A DNA stretch of 57,898 nt, counting the filler, from Squatina squatina (taxonomy: Eukaryota): NCBI GenBank assembly GCA_031763465.1. It is 3 parts of 3 records of this genome, joined end to end, with 100 filler letters (N's around TTAATTAATTAA, not from the genome) between each part and the next. Parts side by side here need not be neighbours in the genome. Positions count along the whole stretch, not along the records: positions 27,788 to 57,898 come from JARFOE010000080.1; 2 more parts are not named here. The stretch is one strand, 5' to 3'. Both the position numbers and the translations under genes were made by a program. How positions within the stretch are numbered: the first letter of the stretch is position 1; each line of letters opens with the position of its first letter. Under the pieces are notes generated by a model. That model did not search any database and was not told the origin of the DNA. It saw only the letters and a list, made by a program, of their open reading frames with translations. Shown here one piece after another: positions 49,201-57,898 of the stretch.

Positions 49201-52200
49201 AGCAAGGTGTGTATAAAACAAATGAAACCATCAGCATCTTCTTTGCATTTATCAGATTTTCTCAGTCTTGAAAGATTCCTGTTTCCAATCAGTTTCTGGA
49301 TCACTTAAAGCTGTATTGTTGGACACAGTTTGCCAGGAATTACTCCTCTCGCTCTCTGAAGTGCCTCTTCCATTATGCCAAGATGGCAGTACATTTCATC
49401 AGGCATGTGGTATCCTGGATACAACAGTGAGCTTGAGAGGGAGTTTGGTGAGAGGCTGATAAAGGCAGTGATTAGTGCTTGTACTCATTTCAAAGAGTTT
49501 GAATATTTTGATANNNNNNNNNNNNNNNNNNNNNNNNNNNNNNNNNNNNNNNNNNNNNNNNNNNNNNNNNNNNNNNNNNNNNNNNNNNNNNNNNNNNNNN
49601 NNNNNNNNNNNNNTACTGATAGCCAGCAAAGCCACTAGGTTTTGGAAAAAGCATTTATTTTCTTGCCTCTGGTCTAAAGGTGATCATACTACAGAGGTTT
49701 GCTGAGATTGTCCAAGCTACTGTGTAAAGCACTCATCCATCACTGTGAGCCCCCTGGTCATGAAATGACAGTGCAGTAAATATCTTCAGCAGAAGCCTTT
49801 TAAAGTACAAGCTGTTTTCTGTAGGAATTTTCAGCTTTCACATAAAACACACAGTCATGAGTGACTGCTTCTGTTCCAAAGTCATTACTGTTTGGATGAT
49901 AGAACATCTTTCAGAGAATAACCAAAAACTTTAAATGTCATGTCAGGTTTGTTGAGGCTGTTTTCAGGCTATGCTCAAGGTTACATGAATATGGAGTGTC
50001 CCTTTTTTATAGTTGAAGATGTGGGAGAGGATAATTCATAAAGTTTGCTAGATGTCTGCAACCCAGCTGATAAAATTTCTATCTCTTGCTCCTCTGGAAA
50101 GTCAATCAGCCAAAGCCATTTAATCATTGACTGTACAGCTGACTACTACAGCAAATGTGATAAGTCAAGATCACTGTCACTTATTAGTAACATGCGACAA
50201 AGATATCAGATAGATAGAAAATAGATAATGTTTGAAAATTAAATTGTGCTTTTGCTGTACCTCTAAGCCTTTAAGATTCTGAGATAAATCTCAAAATTCT
50301 GCAGTTTGTAAACAAAAAGGTTTTGTTGTATTAATAGTAGTTGGTGCTCTCACTTCTTTATTGTATTCATCCCACCTGCCTTACTCGACATGTAAATGCT
50401 AATCAGTTTATTAAAGATGAATTCTCTTTTNNNNNNNNNNNNNNNNNNNNNNNNNNNNNNNNNNNNNNNNNNNNNNNNNNNNNNNNNNNNNNNNNNNNNN
50501 NNNNNNNNNNNNNNNNNNNNNNNNNNNNNNNNNNNNNNNNNNNNNNNNNNNNNNNNNNNNNNNNNNNNNNNNNNNNNNNNNNNNNNNNNNNNNNNNNNNN
50601 NNNNNNNNNNNNNNNNNNNNNNNNNNNNNNNNNNNNNNNNNNNNNNNNNNNNNNNNNNNNNNNNNNNNNNNNNNNNNNNNNNNNNNNNNNNNNNNNNNNN
50701 NNNNNNNNNNNNNNNNNNNNNNNNNNNNNNNNNNNNNNNNNNNNNNNNNNNNNNNNNNNNNNNNNNNNNNNNNNNNNNNNNNNNNNNNNNNNNNNNNNNN
50801 NNNNNNNNNNNNNNNNNNNNNNNNNNNNNNNNNNNNNNNNNNNNNNNNNNNNNNNNNNNNNNNNNNNNNNNNNNNNNNNNNNNNNNNNNNNNNNNNNNNN
50901 NNNNNNNNNNNNNNNNNNNNNNNNNNNNNNNNNNNNNNNNNNNNNNNNNNNNNNNNNNNNNNNNNNNNNNNNNNNNNNNNNNNNNNNNNNNNNNNNNNNN
51001 NNNNNNNNNNNNNNNNNNNNNNNNNNNNNNNNNNNNNNNNNNNNNNNNNNNNNNNNNNNNNNNNNNNNNNNNNNNNNNNNNNNNNNNNNNNNNNNNNNNN
51101 NNNNNNNNNNNNNNNNNNNNNNNNNNNNNNNNNNNNNNNNNNNNNNNNNNNNNNATTTGCCCTATTTACATGGTAACTCTACTGATTCAAATTGACTTCC
51201 ATCTTCTTTTCTGTTTACACAATACCTTATCCCTAAATCAGGTTATGCATCAAATGTTTTCAGTTTGCAATGTGACACATGAAGTGCGTTTGCAGAAAAT
51301 AAGCAGGGCTTCAAATCAGACCATTGTACGAACACTCCTCAAATCATTTTTATTTTAAATCAGTAGTACAAATTAAAATCTTAATTCAGCTGCAGCAGTA
51401 AATTCTTCACCAATGCATTTTAATTCATAATATGTTCACATTAGATATGGAACTAGCTTAGTGTCTGCCTTTTGAACAGGGTTATTTTTATTATTAATTA
51501 TTTGCTGCTATCTTGATTCATAATGGAAGATAGTTTTTGTTTTTAACAATACTGAACCAAGCAAATACCAATAGTGGAAAATCCATCTTACCTTCTTACC
51601 AACCTATCGCAATAATAATTCTCTAAAACATATTCTACAGTGGGATGTATGCTTACCAAATATTGCACAGTAGAAAACTGCTTATGTACCAAAGAATATT
51701 CGAATCTGCTTAAATTGTATTTAAAACATACACAGCATATTATTTGTAGAACTATGCAGTTTTCCCTAAAATGTTTGTGTATGTACATATACATATATAT
51801 TATATATTCTTTATATTCATTGTTTTCATATGATTGTTGGAGTAGAGTTTTATTTTGGTAATTTCTGCAGTGCTTTAATCATCTGAGTGATACATATACA
51901 GTATATATATAATATAATTGAAGCAATTCCAGTCAGATAGAGTGGAAGATGCTGCTTATCATCATTGTGCAAAAGCTTTTGGCATCAATTATAAATTAAT
52001 GTATAATATATACAAGGTAATTTCTTGCCCATATTTTCTGAGCATTCTATCCTTTGTGTTATATCTGAACATTCAGACTAATTTCTTTATTCTTCTTGTG
52101 TCCTTTGTGATTTTGCATCACAAGTTCTTCTTTGCAAGCGGGTTGTTCATTCCTCCTTTGTATTGTCAACTCACCTTGATTTGAGCACCATCCGCTTTTC

Positions 52201-55200
52201 AAGAGTAGCACTGATGGGAAAAGCACCTTATATGTGCTATAGAAAGTAATCAATGATCAAGGAATGCATAGCAGACAGGTATTGAAGTCCTTTGTTGGAT
52301 TTGGGCTGATTTGCAAGCAAATGGTATACCAGAACTAACATGGGACCACATACGCATTTGCAATTCAGTCTGGTCAGCCATTATTCTACGTGTAAACACC
52401 GCAAGCAAATCAATTCATAACTGTTGCAAAGTGTGTTATGTGGGAAATTATGCAATTCTTTCTGTGATGGGCATTGCAAACAAATAACTTCGCAAGGAAA
52501 TGTAATATTTGCAAATTATCTAAACTCTTTGCTGCANNNNNNNNNNNNNNNNNNNNNNNNNNNNNNNNNNNNNNNNNNNNNNNNNNNNNNNNNNNNNNNN
52601 NNNNNNNNNNNNNNNNNNNNNNNNNNNNNNNNNNNNAAAATCAACATAGTTTATTCTCTAATTGTCATCCTGCAGCTGTACTATGGGGAATAATTTCTGT
52701 ACATTCTGCTTTTCAAAATCACTCAAAAATTGAATTTAATCCTCACTAGATATTAAAAATAACTTCAAGACCAACCTTCACTCTCCGTTACTGCAGTTAC
52801 ATATTTGAAACTTGAGTATAAAAACCGATTTCTTTTGTGCATTTATACTATTTAATCTGTAGCAAGTTTGAAGCAAATCTGAGCTGGTTAGAGAGAAAAT
52901 TAAATTGCTGTGATCTGTTTTGTTATGTAACAGCATTCTATTAACTACTGCTCATACAATCCTTGGTCTTCCATTCAACTGGATTAAAAGCCTTCCTTTC
53001 AGAACCCAACCACCTTAGGTTTATCTTTCATTAGGTTCTCATTTATTCCTGAACAACTGCCCTTGTTAAGGATTTCATGAATGCTTTTGTTGCTTTGCTT
53101 CCAAACTGAGAAGTTTCTGAAATGCTGAAAATATTTGTGCACTATTCAGGTAGTTTACATGCCGATTATCAACACTCTTATAACATCTATTTCATGCTTA
53201 GTATCTTTTGTTCCAGTGATCTTGTCAGCAGCATCCATGACATACCATTTTAGTGCAGAACGTGATATATATAAGCCATGTAAATGTCTCAAAACAACTA
53301 AATTCAGATTTTGTAAGGTATAATGAGATTTTCTGGGCAAAATGCCTAATTTTTAGTTGAAATATTAATTTAGTACTTTACTGGTTTCCAGCCTGAAATA
53401 TACTCATTGAATATAATTGCAGTATTACATACCTTATGCATGACAAACTAACAATGAAATTGACTCCTCGTAATTATACCGCTTCGTACAAAAATCAGTA
53501 GAGAAATGTAAAACACAAATTTAATTTTGCGAAAAATGGAGCAGTCACAAATTTACTTTAGTGGATGAAGTCTGAAACCTTTTAAATTCTTCACGCACAA
53601 TTCCTATGGAAAATCGAACATTAGCAATTTATGTCATTGTGAAAACATTTGTTATTTCAGTGCAGTGTTGCACAGTAATGTACTCTGTGCAAGAACAATT
53701 TAAATACATGGATTGTATTTTACAGGAAATTTTCCCACTATGTTCAGTGTAATTTGATACATGAAGTACTGTCACTGCATACGATGAGCTGTAGTACCCT
53801 CAGGAGCTAGCATTTTCCAAAGAGCAAAGGTTTTGCTGCACTTGGATGCATGGTTATTCTCAGAGTAATTGTACTACATCGCTGACCATGATAAAACGAG
53901 ATAATGTGAATCATTATGGGCTCTTTGCCTTTGAAGAAGATCAATCACAAGTGACAGAAATAAGGCAGTCACTTTTAAACAGAAACCTTTTACATATGTC
54001 ATGGTATGTTCTGTATAGATTTTGTTTTGGCCATGAGTCAGGGATAACAGCTGTACACTTATGGGTTCATTGAACCTCATGTGTTTGTTGGCTAGGATGA
54101 TAACCAGAGGGAATAACTTATAATTATAACATTTTAGGTCATCTTCTGTACGATAGCAATTTTTATCTCGTTTTCATACGGAGGTCGTATGACTCCTCAG
54201 GTTATCCTGTTGCGAACATTTCATATACAGAGAGAATACCTCGACAGAAAGGAACAAACTGTCTTGTCGTCCTGGTGAAACAGCTGTTACTATCAGCTGT
54301 CAATGTCGCACAAAGAAAATCCCATTGGACAGGGTTCATGTGTGGAACAAGTTACCTTCCACACAGCTACCTATTCCAGAAATACCATAGACTAGAGAAT
54401 AAAGGTTTGGTGTACACACCTGTCTGTCCCATTATTGTCAAAGCTCAAAGACACTATAATGAAGAACCATTTTATAACCTGTTTTTCAAAACGTTGTAGA
54501 TTGAATATTGNNNNNNNNNNNNNNNNNNNNNNNNNNNNNNNNNNNNNNNNNNNNNNNNNNNNNNNNNNNNNNNNNNNNNNNNNNNNNNNNNNNNNNNNNN
54601 NNNNNNNNNNATATCGCCTTCGTTGTCTCGGCATTTATTTTTGTCCAATTGAACCTCTGTGAAGCACCTTAGGACATTTTTTTTACATTAAAGTGCATAA
54701 ATAATTGCAAGCTGTTGTTTCTCACTCAATCAGCTTTCTTACCTCCTTGTAGGGAAACACTGGACCTCCACTCAACAGCTTTGATCTGGAAGGTCACTGG
54801 ACTCCACAGACATGAACCTCTCTTCTGCTGTTCATTCTTATGCCAAACTGCGACTGGTCCACTCAGCACCATGACAAGCCTTTGTCAATTATTTTAAAAC
54901 CGGTGTGTTTCTCAGTATTCAGTGAGCCAAGAGCTCTGGCACATGTATTAGGCTTCCGACAACAAACTCAGTGAGCCCACCAATAGACTTAAAGTAACAT
55001 TCACCAAAATGGAGGGTCTATCAGCAGTAAACTTGTAGAAGGTCATATGCTTCAATATATTTTAAACTATTTATTTATACTGGAATGTCCTTGGACAAAC
55101 ATTCAAGGCTCTTATGGCCACGTTTATTCCGGTTATGTATTCGACCCATAATACTTATCTAATTTTAAAATCCTCTCCTGTTACAATATCTTGGAATTGA

Positions 55201-55669
55201 ATTATCTCTCGTGTCTGTCTCTAGGGTCTGTCAAGTAAATAGCTTTTAAACANNNNNNNNNNNNNNNNNNNNNNNNNNNNNNNNNNNNNNNNNNNNNNNN
55301 NNNNNNNNNNNNNNNNNNNNNNNNNNNNNNNNNNNNNNNNNNNNNNNNNNNNCATAAGAGGTGAATGGTCTGTTGAATACTAGGGTTTGAATTCCCCACT
55401 CCTGTTGGGGTAGATTGGGAAACTTTGGGTACAATCAGGAAACTGGATGAAATGGCAGAGTTTTTCCAAAAGAGAAATTATAATTCAATTTTCCGCCCAA
55501 ACTCATTTGCATAGCTATAAACAAAAAATCTTCCACAGCCAGTGCAAAATGAACATAATTGTTTTTTTTCTTTGCACTAAAAAATATTTATTGATGTATT
55601 TAAGAGTGGTAAGCTGGTGCAGTGTTACTGATAGTCGAAAATCACTATCACAAAAAATGAAGTGAACAG

Positions 55670-55836
55670 TATAGGTGGATTTAAGGGAAGGCTAGGCAAG
55701 CACAAGAGGGAAAAGGGAATGGAGGGTTAGGCTGATAGAGTTAGATGAGGAAAGACGAGAGGAGGCTCGAGTGGAGCATAAACGCCATGGACTGGTTGGG
55801 CCGAACGGCTTGTTCCTGTGCCGTATAGCCTATGTC
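55670..55836 (+). mobile_element. CR1 LINE 3' end
   Basis: tttaaggggaaggctagg...gagcataaacgccatggactggttgggccgaacggcttgttcctgtgccgta. Confidence 0.7.
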
Positions 55837-57789
55837 ATTTCAATAAGTGTCTAGTCCTTCACCTGTGAGTAATCAGATTTTAATTCACTGAAAATGACAA
55901 AAAAATACTGCACCATTTACCAGAAAATTGCACGTTATTCTCACATCACCAAAAATAATCAAAACACACCCTTTGCTTCCCTGGGTGCAGTTCTCGAACG
56001 TGACATTTGAAATAAATTTTCATGCTTAAAAAAAGGAGAAAATAACTTAAATTGTATATAAATGTGGCTCAATTTCCAAAACCAAAACTCGCGTAGCCTC
56101 TTTTGATGGCTATGAAACAGAAAACACAAACATTACAATAAGAAGGAATTTTCCTAGCTCCACGACATTTGAGGCTTACAGATTTGTTCAGTTAACGTGC
56201 ATTGCGAGCTCTTGTCCCTGCAATTCAAATAGCACGGTTTAGAGTTGATTAGTAAAGTATAGCGACGCTGTCTTGAGAAGTGACTGATGGCCAGAGATCT
56301 CTGACGGCGTGTCATTCTGTTTGGTAGCCAGCTGTGTTCCTCGGCTTCCCTGCACAAACTGTATACACACGGGGAGAAGGGAGCAGAAGGGCAGATCCAC
56401 CTCTACACAATGGAAGGTAAAGCCACGCTTAACGCCATCAATTACAATTCATTAGTGCAGGAGGGGCTGCCCATTAGACTGTTAAGCGTGTACAGATGCT
56501 TTTGTTATGAGTATGACACTCGTAATTAGAGAGCCGCAGCACTGAGAGCTTCACAGCCGATTTAGCAAAGATAAAATCGGTCTGTTTACGCATAGTGTTT
56601 GTCATATTTTTAATTACATCAAATTCAATACAAGCATGATTCACATCAAGAACAAAACAGATTGATGGAAAACCCTACATTTGTCGTGTTATCTGAAAGA
56701 AGGGTTCTGTTTCTGTTGTTGAGTATACCACGAAAATATTGCAGCAGTATGACTGTGAAGCATTTATGTTACTAATATTTACGTGCAATACAATACTGTA
56801 GATATGTCATCAACATCTCTCAAATATTGGTCCTGATTTGCAGTCAGCGGCAAAGCAATGATGCTTGCCGCTCACCTTGAAGAAAACTGCCTTCAAAGAT
56901 TTAGCGATCTCTGTGACATGAATTTCAGCTCTCCCAATCTTTGTTTGAATCAGGCACCAAATCAAGTGAATCCTACATGTACAGCAACAGTGCTGTCATC
57001 AAACTGGCTAAGCAGCCAATCATATTGAAGAATACTCACAGACAGCAAACCAGGAAGTAAAATGCACAGAGTCTAATTTACGTTTTAGAAATTTTACGGA
57101 NNNNNNNNNNNNNNNNNNNNNNNNNNNNNNNNNNNNNNNNNNNNNNNNNNNNNNNNNNNNNNNNNNNNNNNNNNNNNNNNNNNNNNNNNNNNNNNNNNNN
57201 ATGCCACTGAGCAAAGACAGTCGCTTTGCTTCCCACAGTACAATAAGACGCGGCCGTGCCCGCAGAACAACACTGAGCCCCAAAGCACAGACAGAATGTA
57301 ATATACATGATGTCGAAGTTAATTTCCAACACATAAGCGATTTCATCACAGCATCCTGATATCGCGGCCAGCCCCGGGTGCGGATCTGTAAATTCTTGTC
57401 ACTTGCAACTACATCCTCCTCCCAAGCCCCCTCTGCTTCCCTGTTTTCCGCAGCCCATTTCCACAGCGCGAGAGCAGGCTGCCCTGTCATATCATTCATT
57501 TATATTAGCGATTCTCCAAACGAGAGACCTTCACATGTCATTGAAGTCATTTTTTTTGTTGTTGCTGCGTGCCTGGACTTTACATAAAATGATGTTCCTG
57601 AAGGAAATCAAGGAGATTGAAACCTGCTTTGATCAAACAAGTTCGCTTTTTAAAAAAAAGCTGGTTTGCTATTTCTGCGTTTGTTAAATGTTTTCTTTCT
57701 ATGACAAATTACCCGCAGGTAGGGTCTAAATGAATTTATTGTGTAATTTTTACAATGAAATGACACATTGAATAAAATATAAACAAAAA

Positions 57790-57898
57790 ATACAAAAATT
57801 GCTGGAAATATTCAGCAGGTCAGGCAGCATCTGTGGAGAGAAAAATAGAGTTAACGTTTGGGGTCGATGACCCTTCGTCAGAACTGAAAAAGGCCAGA
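57790..57898 (-). mobile_element. Penelope-like element terminus (abundant chondrichthyan repeat)
   Basis: tgctggaaatattcagcaggtcaggcagcatctgtggagag...gttaacgttt...cccttcgtcagaactg; weaker relatives near 17600-17640, 22295-22340 and 26640-26700. Confidence 0.7.
57848..57886 (-). ncRNA. Degenerate minimal type-I hammerhead ribozyme motif
   Basis: Minus strand AGTT-CTGACGA-A-GGGTC(ATC)GACCC-CAAA-CGTT-AACT: CUGANGA box, perfect stem II and palindromic AACGTT, but GAAA reads CAAA. Confidence 0.6.

Noticed and set aside
50341-51358. 284 and 320 aa ORFs
   Set aside because: Almost entirely N translated as X.

Overview
This is vertebrate genomic DNA, most likely a cartilaginous fish judging from its SINE, CR1 and Penelope repeats. 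It is not a prokaryotic window and it is not contiguous. Short contigs are joined by about 45 N-gaps (mostly exactly 100 N), and two artificial NNN-TTAATTAATTAA-NNN six-frame-stop linkers (13296-13395, 27688-27787) split it into three blocks. The third block holds one minus-strand TDRD3 exon (OB-fold) and nine plus-strand exons of the formin DIAPH3 (GBD/DID, FH2, DAD) in correct order; this matches the known divergent TDRD3-DIAPH3 arrangement, but most exons are missing. One DIAPH3 exon is followed by a minor-spliceosome (U12, AT-AC) donor, ATATCCTTT. The rest is intronic or intergenic sequence with decayed transposons: a two-gene PIF/Harbinger element interrupted by an RTE LINE, CR1, L2 and Rex1 LINE pieces, Deu-domain and tRNA-type SINEs, a hAT MITE with an 8-bp TSD and internal 31-bp tandem array, a G-rich minisatellite, and a Penelope-type end with a degenerate hammerhead ribozyme. 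There are also a few unidentified exon-like and conserved-element-like stretches. Most supplied ORFs are spurious. I found no convincing previously undescribed system. All family and gene calls come from reading the sequence, not from database searches.
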